DNA from: Coleofasciculus sp. B1-GNL1-01
GTDB lineage: Bacteria > Cyanobacteriota > Cyanobacteriia > Cyanobacteriales > Coleofasciculaceae
Strand: one strand, 5' to 3'
Assembly: GCA_040220235.1 (NCBI GenBank)
Contig: JAVJTO010000027.1
DNA length: 39,479 bases
Below the pieces are notes generated by a model, which saw only the letters and a program-made list of their open reading frames with translations, ran no database searches and was not told the DNA's origin. Made by a program: the position numbers and the translations under genes. Below, one piece after another: positions 1 through 8,974 of the stretch; the first letter of the stretch is position 1, and each line of letters starts with the position of its first letter.

Positions 1-810
1 ATTGGTAGAAAGACACATCATCAACCGAAATCATGCCAATTGGCAGGAGGCAGATAAATTGGCATTTAAGTCAAAGAATCTGTACAACTTCTCTAACTAT
101 TTGTGCCGTCAACACTTCTTTGAGACGGGGAATCGGTATACGCTACCAACTCTCTACCATTTAGTCAAAGACAGTGAGTCTTATCGGGCAATGCCGACCA
201 AAGTCTCGAAACAAATCATAAAAAAGCTGGTGGAGACTTGGTTTTCTTTTGTGGAGGCGAAGAAAGACTGGTCAAAGCACCCAGAAAAATACAAGAGTGA
301 ACCCCGCCTTCCTAGATATAAGGACAAGGTTAAAGGTCTCTCACATCGTCATTTACCATCACGAGTCCATATACAAGGCAGACCTAAAACAGGGACGTTG
401 CCACTTATCAATGAGTAACATCAGTGTCCCGACTAAGGTAGAGAATATTGCCGAGGCGCGGATTGTTCCTAGCTGTAACTGCTATATTTTGGAGATTGTC
501 TATGAAGCACCCGAAGTTGAGTTAATTCAGTCAGAGTGGGTAGTGCGAACTGGCAGGTATCAAGGTAGTCATAATCGAGGAAAGTTACACGTCAAAAACA
601 TCAGCTATTGACCTAGAGTCACCTTGCAAGCAATCAAAATATGCTGGGAAGCGGGTTAAAAGAGGTTTGTTTAAGTCCGGGAGTGGACGTGTGATTAATG
701 CGGACATCAATGGAAGTATCCAAATTATCCGCAAGTATCTTCCAGAGGCGTTCACCGCCGAGGGAGTAGTGAGCTGTGCCGTGCAGCCAATACGGGTCAA
801 TCCAGTTTGA
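1..810 (+). pseudogene. tnpB: IS200/IS605-family TnpB (RNA-guided endonuclease) pseudogene, frameshifted and internally deleted
   Basis: N-terminal ...VERHII...SKNLYN...PRYKDK (2-~340); +1 frameshift near the TCTCTC at ~336-342; continues IVIY...ARIVP...YILEIVY to SEWV (~540); then jumps in another frame to CELAGIKVVIIEESYTSKTS...GKRVKRGLFKS...INADINGS...PIRVNPV* (544-810). The RuvC-I (DLG) and RuvC-II segments are missing; the start lies outside the window. Confidence 0.92.
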
Positions 811-902
811 AAGACTGAACCTATAAGTTTCTATAAGTTTAGCTTAACGCCGGAAGCCTCACGCCATATTTGTACTCGAATTGGCGTGAGATGGATAGGT
901 GG

Positions 903-1049
903 TCAATCGATGGGGTTCAATACCCCTGAGATTGACAACTTCCGTATCAACTCACGAATAACATCGGATTGGGTTCTCTCTGTCATTAGACAAAATTTGA
1001 CGAGGTGTTCATATTCTCTATCTGATACTCGTGTTGTTACCTGTTTCAT
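903..1049 (-). CDS. Small ribbon-helix-helix (CopG/MetJ/Arc-like) DNA-binding protein, 48 aa, absent from the ORF track
   Basis: Manual translation: MKQVTTRVSDREYEHLVKFCLMTERTQSDVIRELIRKLSISGVLNPID*. Alternating beta-strand (VTTRV), helix A and the SDVIRELI helix-B signature of RHH proteins. Confidence 0.8.
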   Translation of the reverse strand: MKQVTTRVSDREYEHLVKFCLMTERTQSDVIRELIRKLSISGVLNPID

Positions 1050-1086
1050 CGTTGTCAGTGTGCTTTCAATGTGCTACCATTTTAGC

Positions 1087-1361
1087 GTACAGGTTAAACA
1101 AAACTAAAAGCTAACCGCTTACCTGTGCATTGAACCTTGACAACCTGGAATATGGGGTTCCGTCCAGAAACAGACTACTTATAGTCGCATCTGTGGACGG
1201 GTAAAATTCCAGCAGTACAGAGGTATGAACACATCTTTGTATTGTTCCGGCGCGGAGGGGCATCCCGTGTCGTTAATAAAGCCAAGAGTCTCCTAAGCAA
1301 TAGCTGGATTGTCTTGGAAGCCTACACCATACTGAGTTTAGTTGGTGTAGGAGTATGTCAC
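1087..1361 (+). ncRNA. Putative omega-RNA (reRNA)-like structured RNA at the element right end
   Basis: Non-coding stretch with nested or serial stems: 1087-1094/1121-1128, 1145-1151/1206-1212, 1160-1166/1194-1200, 1173-1177/1182-1186, 1213-1224/1233-1244, 1282-1287/1312-1317, 1321-1329/1343-1351. Several stems use G-U pairs, favouring the + strand; ends at the IS right-end tetranucleotide. Confidence 0.6.
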
Positions 1362-1362
1362 T

Positions 1363-3636
1363 CTACACGGTGATATCCCGATCAGGCAGGGGCATTAACC
1401 ACTGTTGTAATTGATTTAGGGGATAACTTCCGCCACACAATAGCAGGTGATCTTGCTGTCGGATTTCGGCATTGCCATCGGGAAAGGGGATAAACTTTCC
1501 TTCTCGGCGAATTGCCTGCACCTGAATCCCATATTGGCGTCGCCAATGGAGTTGGGACAGGATTTGCCCATGGGCGGGACTGTCTTCGGGAACTAACACC
1601 CACTGACAGGGAGTACTGGTGGCGGGATTTTCCATTTCCCCCTCTGCCAATTTCTTAAACGCAGACAGTTCATCGGGTTCACCCACCGCTAAAAGGTGAT
1701 CACCTTCCTCCAAACTCACCCCAGCATCAGGATAATCGATTTCCTCACCCTCAGCCCGACGAATCGCCACCAAGCTAACCCCGGTTAAGCGGCGAATATC
1801 GGCTTGTTCTAACGTCATACCCGTCAGTGGAGAATTCTCTGGCAAATCATACCACTTACTATTCATCATCTCAGCCGCCGTCCGTAAATCGCGGGCAATT
1901 TGAGACTGAGGTTGTTCGGGGCGCAAATCCAGATAATGGGAACTGCGAATTTTTTCCATTTCCTGCTGAATCATCCAATTGGGTACACCAATTCCTGACA
2001 TCAAATGTGTGGCTAACTCCAAAGATGCCTCAAACTCCGGTTGTACCACTTCTCGCGCCCCCAATTGGTACAGCAATTCGATCTCCCGATCCTTATTCGC
2101 CCGCACGACGATATCTAAATTGGGGTTTAATTCTAGCGATCGCTTTAAACATAACCGACTACTCATGGCATCCGCTAAGACAATCACCATGGATTTTGCC
2201 CGTTCTACCCCGGCTTTGTCCAAAACGTGTAAACTCGCCGCATTGCCGTAAACATAGGGAATTCCCGCGTCGCGTAATTGCCCAATCACCTGTTCTGACT
2301 GCTCAACCACCACAATCGGATAATTATGCTCTCGCATCAGTCGCACTAAATTGCTACCACTGCTTCCATATCCACAAATCACCACATGATCGTTTAGCTG
2401 TTGGCTATTAAGGGATACGGCTTTCGGTGTTTCCATCGGTTCAAAATACCGTTGTAAGGGCGGAAAATTCTCTAACCAGTTCAATGCCAGGGGGGTTAAT
2501 CGTAACAGAAACGGTGTCACTATTAAGGTCACTGCTGTTGTGCCTAAAATCAACAAATAGACAGGGCGAGACACCAATCCCAGCGTCTGCCCTTCACTGG
2601 CTAACACAAACGAGAATTCCCCAATTTGAGCTAACCCCAGACCTGCCAGAATTGCTGTTCTTAAGGGATAGCCAAATAGTTTGACAATTGGTGTTATAAT
2701 TAAAGCTTTGCCTACCGAAACCAGCAAAACCAATCCCAAAATTAATTCCAGGTTAGTCCACAGAAAAATCGGATCAATTAGCATCCCAATCGCCGCAAAA
2801 AAGAGGGCAGCAAAGACATCCCGCAAGGGCTCCACATAAGTCAGGGTTTGATCGGCATATTCCACCTCGGAAATCATTAACCCCGCCACAAACGCCCCCA
2901 TCTCGATAGAGAGTCCTAACTGTTCCGTCAGCAGGGCAATTCCTAGACATAAACCCACAACCCCGAGTAAAAATAACTCTCGGCTTTCGGTACGGGCAAA
3001 GAATCGTAATAACGAAGGAATCAACCATATCCCCACAGCGATAGCACCAGCTGCAAATAGACCAATTTTCAATAGGGCAAGTCCTACGGCTATACCAATC
3101 ACTTCAGTGGGTTGGTCTAAAGCCGGGAGTACTGCTAACATTAACCCCAATGCCAAATCTTGCACCACCAAAATCCCTAGCATGACTTGCCCATGGGGGG
3201 TTTCGGTTTCGTTGCGTTCCATTAGGCATTTAAGAACCACCGCCGTAGATGACAACGACAAAGTTGCCCCGAGAAACACACCTTGGGCGGGAGACGTGAC
3301 CCAACCCATGCCCAAAGAGACTAATGTGGTAACTAAAATAGTCAGTACCACTTGGAGTCCACCACCGCCGAGGGCAATCTTTTGCACTTTTTTCAGTTCC
3401 GCCAGGGAAAATTCCACGCCGAGGGCAAAGAGCAAAAATGCCACACCAAACTGAGCCAGGGTTTCAATTTGGATTACCTCTTTAATTAGACCCAAACCCG
3501 CCGGACCCACAATCATACCCCCGACGATATAGCCCAAGAGTGGGGGTTGACGGCATAAGGATGCCAAGAGTCCGCCAGCCGCTGCTGACGCCAGAACAGA
3601 TACGAAGTCGATAATCAGTCGGAAGTCTTCTTGCAC
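1363..3636 (-). CDS. CPA2 cation:proton antiporter (Kef/YbaL-like) with TrkA-N and two TrkA-C (RCK) domains
   Basis: ~12 TM helices with LSSTAVV, ILVVQD, GAFVAG and LAQIGEFSFVL motifs; Rossmann HVVICGYG; C-terminal RCK_C repeats; GTG start. Confidence 0.93.
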   Translation of the reverse strand: MQEDFRLIIDFVSVLASAAAGGLLASLCRQPPLLGYIVGGMIVGPAGLGLIKEVIQIETLAQFGVAFLLFALGVEFSLAELKKVQKIALGGGGLQVVLTILVTTLVSLGMGWVTSPAQGVFLGATLSLSSTAVVLKCLMERNETETPHGQVMLGILVVQDLALGLMLAVLPALDQPTEVIGIAVGLALLKIGLFAAGAIAVGIWLIPSLLRFFARTESRELFLLGVVGLCLGIALLTEQLGLSIEMGAFVAGLMISEVEYADQTLTYVEPLRDVFAALFFAAIGMLIDPIFLWTNLELILGLVLLVSVGKALIITPIVKLFGYPLRTAILAGLGLAQIGEFSFVLASEGQTLGLVSRPVYLLILGTTAVTLIVTPFLLRLTPLALNWLENFPPLQRYFEPMETPKAVSLNSQQLNDHVVICGYGSSGSNLVRLMREHNYPIVVVEQSEQVIGQLRDAGIPYVYGNAASLHVLDKAGVERAKSMVIVLADAMSSRLCLKRSLELNPNLDIVVRANKDREIELLYQLGAREVVQPEFEASLELATHLMSGIGVPNWMIQQEMEKIRSSHYLDLRPEQPQSQIARDLRTAAEMMNSKWYDLPENSPLTGMTLEQADIRRLTGVSLVAIRRAEGEEIDYPDAGVSLEEGDHLLAVGEPDELSAFKKLAEGEMENPATSTPCQWVLVPEDSPAHGQILSQLHWRRQYGIQVQAIRREGKFIPFPDGNAEIRQQDHLLLCGGSYPLNQLQQWLMPLPDRDITV

Positions 3637-3743
3637 CGATGCGTTATCAAAATTAAAGTGCTATATCTTTATAGGATACAAATTTCCTTAAGATTTCCAA
3701 CAATTTGTTAACTCCTGCAACATTACATGTCTCTTGATATACC

Positions 3744-3763
3744 GTAGGGTGGGCATTGCCCAC
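3744..3763 (+). repeat. GTAG-family REP palindrome
   Basis: GTAGGGTGGGCATTGCCCAC; near-identical reverse copy at 37825-37845 and a relative at 35767-35799. Confidence 0.75.
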
Positions 3764-3801
3764 ATCCGCCTCAACTTAGAGCGAAAAGCTCGGTTGAGCA
3801 A

Positions 3802-3824
3802 GGGTGTCGGGTGTCGGGTGTCGG
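3802..3824. repeat. 7-bp tandem repeat (GGGTGTC)x3
   Basis: Directly visible; STRR-like heptamer. Confidence 0.8.
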
Positions 3825-4076
3825 TAGATCAAGGTATTCCGTGAACCTCTGGAGGGGAACTATCGCTTAGAATTAACGCTGACGACGGGAGAAATTCGTC
3901 CACTGGCATTTCCAAATATCGTGATTTTGGTGCAACGGTTGTTAGAGGGATACTGAAATGATCCTGGGAATTCAAGGATCGGCTTGGAACCTTCTGCCTT
4001 GTCTTGAAGGCTCAATTTCAAGGGAAAGTGTTAGTCTATGCTCTAGGACTATCAAGTTGATTGTTTACCAATTCTG

Positions 4077-5057
4077 ATGAGCGCCTTGTCAAAACACTCT
4101 GAAGACATTAAAAAAGCCAGACTCAACACCCAGAGTTCAGGATTCCCCAGTCAATCCCTTTCGGTCACTCCGCGACGTTTCCGTGCCAAACCATTGGGGA
4201 TCAAAGGACGGTTGACCACAGCGTTAACTGTAGGTCTAGCAACAGTTTTGGCACTCAAGAGTCAAACCGCGATCGCGCTGCAAGTGCGGGTGACTCCAGA
4301 AAGCCCTCAGTTAGGGGATACACTATCTGTGATGATTGACACAGAAACCACGACTCAACCGCCAAGCGTGTCCATCGGGCAAAAAATCTATCCCGCCTTT
4401 CCTGTCACCGCTAATCGCTATCGCGCCTTACTCCCAACCACTCCTCTGGATAAATCCGGACGTTTAGAATTTCAAGTCACTGGGGATGGTGAGGTGAGGA
4501 ACCTGGCTGTATTCCTGAAAAATCGCTCCTTTCCCACCCAGCGTATCCGACTATCGGGTAGCGCCAACCGATCCGCTACAGAACTGGAACTCAATCGGGT
4601 GGCTGAGTTTAAAACATTGGTGACGCCGCAAAAGTTCTGGAATGGCCCCTTGGTCAGACCTAATGTAGGTCGAGTGTCTACGGTGTTTGGCGTGCGCCGT
4701 TATTATAACGGAGTATTCGCCGAGAATTATTATCATCGAGGCGTTGATTACGCCGCTGGAACAGGTTCACCTGTCGTCGCCCCCGCTGCCGGACGAGTGG
4801 CGTTAGTGGGACGAGAATCAGAGGGGTTTAATGTTCATGGCAATACAGTCGGAATTGACCATGGTCAAGGGGTTTTGAGTATTATGCTGCACCTAAATCA
4901 AATCGACGTTCAAGAAGGAGATTTTGTCCAAGCCGGTCAACGAATTGGTACAGTGGGATCAACGGGGGCTTCTACCGGACCGCATTTGCACTGGGGACTG
5001 TATGTTCACGGCATTGCTGTAGACCCAGTTCCCTGGAGATTTGACGGTATTGAATAA
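4077..5057 (+). CDS. M23 family metallopeptidase (peptidoglycan endopeptidase), exported
   Basis: HRGVD (HxxxD) and STGPHLH (HxH) zinc motifs; N-terminal hydrophobic signal-like segment; true start uncertain. Confidence 0.93.
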   Translation: MSALSKHSEDIKKARLNTQSSGFPSQSLSVTPRRFRAKPLGIKGRLTTALTVGLATVLALKSQTAIALQVRVTPESPQLGDTLSVMIDTETTTQPPSVSIGQKIYPAFPVTANRYRALLPTTPLDKSGRLEFQVTGDGEVRNLAVFLKNRSFPTQRIRLSGSANRSATELELNRVAEFKTLVTPQKFWNGPLVRPNVGRVSTVFGVRRYYNGVFAENYYHRGVDYAAGTGSPVVAPAAGRVALVGRESEGFNVHGNTVGIDHGQGVLSIMLHLNQIDVQEGDFVQAGQRIGTVGSTGASTGPHLHWGLYVHGIAVDPVPWRFDGIE

Positions 5058-5179
5058 TACAGGGTTTAAGTTTTTCTGAAGTTTTCCTGCATCTTATGCA
5101 CTTATGGGTTTTGTTTAAGGTAAACTCTGGTAAGTCTCCCCTGATCTGAGCGGCAAATGGGCAACACAATCCAACTACC

Positions 5180-5734
5180 ATGAGTATTGAAAAAATCGTA
5201 GAACAAGCTCTGCAAGATGGTTACTTAACCCCAGTCATGGAAACTGAGGTTGGACGTATTTGTGATACAGCATCAGAGCTTTCGATCGAAGAATATATGG
5301 CGTTGGATCGCCTGATGGGAGCGCTGTTGACGGGTGAAGTCGTCGCCGTTCCGCGCAAGCAGTTTATTAATGTGATGGAGGAGTTGGTACTCACCGAAGC
5401 GATCGCGCAAGTGGCTGAAATTGAAGCAACCAGCGATCAGGTTTTGGATGTGGGCGATATTGCTGCCTATGCTCTGAATCGACTTCCCCCTCTGTATGCT
5501 ACGACAGAAGAAGGGGCAAAATACCAACGTCAACGAGCCAAAGAAGAACTACAAGAGTTGATTACTCAGCAAGTGGATACGGCGATCATGCAAAATCAGC
5601 ATCGACCCGATTTTGGCTCTGAACGCCAAGCTCTTCGTAGAGGTAGCGGCAAAGATTTGTTCCAGCAGGTGAGTTCCTTACTCCAAGATTACGCGCCTAA
5701 CTTTGAACCTAAATCTGATCTCAAAAGTCAATAA
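5180..5734 (+). CDS. cdgR: ComFB-domain protein, probable cyclic-dinucleotide receptor CdgR-like
   Basis: NVMEELV...DIAAYALNRLPPLYAT ComFB signature; position between an M23 peptidase and an L,D-transpeptidase/sigG matches my recollection of the Anabaena PCC 7120 cdgR locus. Confidence 0.8.
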   Translation: MSIEKIVEQALQDGYLTPVMETEVGRICDTASELSIEEYMALDRLMGALLTGEVVAVPRKQFINVMEELVLTEAIAQVAEIEATSDQVLDVGDIAAYALNRLPPLYATTEEGAKYQRQRAKEELQELITQQVDTAIMQNQHRPDFGSERQALRRGSGKDLFQQVSSLLQDYAPNFEPKSDLKSQ

Positions 5735-5738
5735 AGAC

Positions 5739-5841
5739 GCAGGGGGAGCAGGGGGAGCAGGGGGAGCAGGGGGAGCAGGGGGAGATGGGGAAGCGATTTC
5801 CTAATCAACAAAGGACGAATGACGAATGACGAATGACGAAT
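5739..5841. repeat. Tandem repeats (GCAGGGGGA)x5 and (GACGAAT)x4 between convergent genes
   Basis: Directly visible at 5739-5783 and 5814-5841. Confidence 0.9.
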
Positions 5842-6587
5842 CACTTCCTTACCAAGATAGGCGTTCCGACTTGAATCTGTTCATACAACGCCTGAATATC
5901 GGCATTTCGCATCCGTAAGCAGCCGTGAGAAATCGGCTTACCCACTAGATCTTCATCATTAGTGCCATGAAAGCCTATCTGATGGTGTTCGTCAGACCAA
6001 AATCCGATCCAGCGATCGCCTAAGGGGTTATCGGGTCCAGTCGGGATTAAGTCACCCGTAATCGGTTGTCGCCAGATGGGGTTACGCTGTTTACGGAGAA
6101 CCTTGAAGCGACCTGTCGGCGTTTCCCAACCGGGTTGACCCACAGCAACTGGATAGCTAGCGAGTTCTTGCTCTCCCCAGTAACTATACACCTTGGCATC
6201 GCTCAAATCCACAACTAATCGCACATCCAAAGCGACTATTGCCTGATTGATATGGGGAGTTAGCGATGATACTTGGGCGATCGCGTTTCGCTCAGAAGCA
6301 CCTGGATGAGGTAGAATTAATCCGGCTAGGGGAACAGGGGAATCTAAACCCCATCTCCAATCAAGTGCCATTCGCTCTCTTATCCATTCACTGTACTTCC
6401 CCAGTGGCTGAGGTGAATCCAAGTCGTTCTCATCCTCCGTTCCATGAAATGTCCTCTGAACCGATTGGGCAATTTCAGAGGGGAGTGGTATTGATTGACG
6501 TTGTTGCCACGCCACTGACAATAATAATCCTGCTGCTCCAAAGCAAAGCAGCATCAAGCTAGTTTTTAGTGAGAAGGTTCCACCCAT
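5841..6587 (-). CDS. L,D-transpeptidase (YkuD/ErfK family)
   Basis: YPVAVG..ETPTG, NPLGDRWIG, IGFHGT...SHGCLRM catalytic His/Cys motif; N-terminal membrane anchor. Confidence 0.95.
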   Translation of the reverse strand: MGGTFSLKTSLMLLCFGAAGLLLSVAWQQRQSIPLPSEIAQSVQRTFHGTEDENDLDSPQPLGKYSEWIRERMALDWRWGLDSPVPLAGLILPHPGASERNAIAQVSSLTPHINQAIVALDVRLVVDLSDAKVYSYWGEQELASYPVAVGQPGWETPTGRFKVLRKQRNPIWRQPITGDLIPTGPDNPLGDRWIGFWSDEHHQIGFHGTNDEDLVGKPISHGCLRMRNADIQALYEQIQVGTPILVRK

Positions 6588-6844
6588 AATAACTTAGGAG
6601 GCTATCACAACCGAGGCAACTCTAACTTATCAAAACCACTTTATATATGACATTGGCAGCCGTCCCACCCTTTTTTCCGGATAGAAGGTCTTTCCTCTAG
6701 AAGAATGATGATAGGCTTTTCCAGATGCCATATTGGAACTTGACGGGAAACATTACCCGTTTGGAGGATGTACTTGGTACGTTTGAATAGAGATAATTGA
6801 AATTTAGTTTATTCACCCCAACCAAGCCTTTGCTAATCTAAGCG

Positions 6845-6871
6845 GGAACTCTACGTGAAGTCAGGCGTCTG
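6845..6871 (+). promoter_or_regulatory. ECF-type (SigG autoregulatory) promoter
   Basis: GGAAC (6845-6849) - 17 nt - GTCTG (6867-6871), 36 nt upstream of the sigG ATG; fits the RpoE-like GGAAC-N17-GTC consensus. Confidence 0.7.
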
Positions 6872-6907
6872 TGAAAAGTAAGGATGTTCTAGCACCCATT
6901 ACCATCC

Positions 6908-7564
6908 ATGAGCCAATCGATTTCTCTATCCTGGTCCCCGGTTGAGGTCACACCCAATAATGTGACGGTGCAACCTGAAAAACTCTCGAACTACGATTTA
7001 ATTTTGCGCTGTCAGGACGGTATTACTCCTGACCGGGCTGCTTTTGCTGAACTGCTACGCCGATATCAGTCCCATGTGGAGAAGGTTTTATACCATCTGG
7101 CTCCAGATTGGCAGGACAGACCCGACTTGGCGCAAGAAGTTTGGATTAGAGTTTACCGGAATATTAAGCGCCTCAAGGAACCCGTCAAATTTAAGGGTTG
7201 GTTGAGTCGTATCACGACCAATCTTTTCTATGATGAGCTGCGTAAACGCAAGCGGGTAGCTCCGCCATTGTCACTGGATGCACCGCGTCGGATGGATGAT
7301 GGTGAGATGGATTGGGAAATTGCTGCTGATGGTCCAAGTCCGGAAGACAATATGGCAACGCGGGAATTTTACGCCCAGCTACGAGAAGCCATTAAAGACT
7401 TGCCAGAAGCATTCCGCACGACTATTGTCTTGCGAGAAATTGAAGGGATGGCTTATGAAGAGATTGCCGAAATTACAGGCGTATCCCTGGGAACCGTCAA
7501 GTCGCGTATCGCTAGAGCCCGCTCAAGACTACAATCTCAACTGCAACCCTATCTAGATGTTTAA
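6908..7564 (+). CDS. sigG: ECF RNA polymerase sigma factor SigG (RpoE-like)
   Basis: DLAQEVWIRVY..FKGWLSRI (region 2) and LREIEGMAYEEIA..GTVKSRIARAR (region 4); N-terminus typical of cyanobacterial SigG. Confidence 0.93.
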   Translation: MSQSISLSWSPVEVTPNNVTVQPEKLSNYDLILRCQDGITPDRAAFAELLRRYQSHVEKVLYHLAPDWQDRPDLAQEVWIRVYRNIKRLKEPVKFKGWLSRITTNLFYDELRKRKRVAPPLSLDAPRRMDDGEMDWEIAADGPSPEDNMATREFYAQLREAIKDLPEAFRTTIVLREIEGMAYEEIAEITGVSLGTVKSRIARARSRLQSQLQPYLDV

Positions 7565-7973
7565 TGGTCTCCGGATGAGTTGGGAGAAATTATTTCCCTA
7601 CACCAAAATTCATTCTATCATGGGATATATAACGTCTTGGGTGAAGTAATCCCAAACGCTTGAGGGCAACGGGATGAAGGGTGTAATAGTTCACCCAAGT
7701 CTTGCGTTACACTGACTAAGGTCAACTTTCAACTATTATTTGCCAAGCTGCAAAAGCTGGCACGTTAACGGTAAAAGTCAAACCTGATCAGCCAATACAG
7801 TTTAACAGTGGGGCTGGGCATCTCCTCACTATAAAACGCCAACAGCGTAATTGATAAGATTACGACCAAGGAAGCCCATACGCTCTCTCGAATAGAGTCA
7901 GTGTGGGATGATGTCACAAACAACGATAACGATCCATAATTGAGCGCTAGTGAAGACTCGGTGGTGATCTAAA

Positions 7974-8495
7974 ATGAACTCTAATTTTGATGCTCATAAC
8001 TGTTCCGGGCAAAAAGCTGCCAGAGACATGGATAGTCTACAGCGCGATCGCTTTGAACTCATCAGTGCCTACATCGATGGTGAGGTGACAGCAGCCGAGC
8101 GCTATCAAGTGCAAGATTGGTTAGCAAATGATGCCAATAGCCAGCGCTTGTATGCTCGACTGATGAAGCTACGCCAAGGGTTGCATCAGCTCCCCGTACC
8201 TGCCACTCAGGTAACCACTCAAGAGACGGCAAATCAGGTGTTTACCCGCATTGATCGCCGCCGCATACGGAACACCATGGTTTGGGGTGGCGCTGCGATC
8301 GCGGCGATGTTTGTCAGTGCCTTTTCTGGGATACTCCCTGGTAGTCAGTTTATGCCACGGTTGGCTCAAACTCCTGTAACAGAAGAGGCGGCGGAGCCTC
8401 TGATGATTGCTGTGAACCGTCCAGTTATCCAAATCCCCAAGGCGAAAAGTGCCTCGCCGGAAAATTTTATTGATTCTGCCATCTTCAACCCTTAA
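7974..8495 (+). CDS. sapG: Transmembrane anti-sigma factor (SapG/RseA-like)
   Basis: FELISAYIDGE anti-sigma N-terminal motif, single TM helix, directly downstream of sigG. Confidence 0.82.
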   Translation: MNSNFDAHNCSGQKAARDMDSLQRDRFELISAYIDGEVTAAERYQVQDWLANDANSQRLYARLMKLRQGLHQLPVPATQVTTQETANQVFTRIDRRRIRNTMVWGGAAIAAMFVSAFSGILPGSQFMPRLAQTPVTEEAAEPLMIAVNRPVIQIPKAKSASPENFIDSAIFNP

Positions 8496-8563
8496 CTATC
8501 CTGTCGCTGGCAAGAAAACAGAAAAATATCTCCCCCTTATACCCCATTTCCTTGATGGGGTAT

Positions 8564-8974
8564 TCATAATTCAGACTTCATCGGACTCCACCAACCGGAA
8601 GAAATGAGTGTACCCCCTAAACGCTGCACTCGCTCAGGTTGCATCAGGTAAATCCAAGCCTGTCCTAACGATTGGTTCGCCAGATCATAAATAGTCACTT
8701 GTTGCCGATAATATTCATTGTCCTCTGGGTTTCGCTGCGGATTGTAGTCTTCTAGCTTATCCAAGACAGTTAAAAGGGTTGGCTCAGCGAACGTCAGTAA
8801 AAATCCCCGCACCTGATTATTCCCTGGGATCATCGCTGGATAGCCGATGGGCAAATTAAACAGTTGACCCAACGCGATCGCAGGTTGGGCAGCTATCACT
8901 TTTCCTTCACAGTAACGTTGATAATTGACTTCCCCAGGTTTGAGAGTCCCGTAAACAAACACCCGGATGGACAT
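8564..8974 (-). CDS. Gamma-glutamylcyclotransferase (AIG2-like/GGACT) family protein
   Basis: VFVYGTLK, YPAM, LDKLE, AWIY motifs; AGGAGG RBS upstream on the minus strand. Confidence 0.92.
   Translation of the reverse strand: MSIRVFVYGTLKPGEVNYQRYCEGKVIAAQPAIALGQLFNLPIGYPAMIPGNNQVRGFLLTFAEPTLLTVLDKLEDYNPQRNPEDNEYYRQQVTIYDLANQSLGQAWIYLMQPERVQRLGGTLISSGWWSPMKSEL

Larger units (their letters stand above)
849..1361 (+). mobile_element. Non-autonomous IS200/IS605-type element (left-end hairpin, RHH gene, structured RNA, right-end hairpin; no tnpA/tnpB)
   Basis: Two homologous end motifs: GGAAGCCTCACGCCATA..TTGGCGTGAGATGGATAGG (hairpin 858-866/882-890) and GGAAGCCTACACCATA..TTGGTGTAGGAGTATGTCAC (hairpin 1321-1329/1343-1351, ending in TCAC at 1358-1361). 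Left boundary approximate. Confidence 0.75.

Noticed and set aside
585..800. 71-aa minus-strand ORF
   Set aside because: Antisense to the tnpB C-terminal remnant.
886..1107. 73-aa + strand ORF
   Set aside because: Antisense shadow of the RHH gene; no recognisable motifs.
3986..4004. GGAAC...GTCT upstream of the M23 gene as a SigG promoter
   Set aside because: Spacer is only 10 nt, too short.
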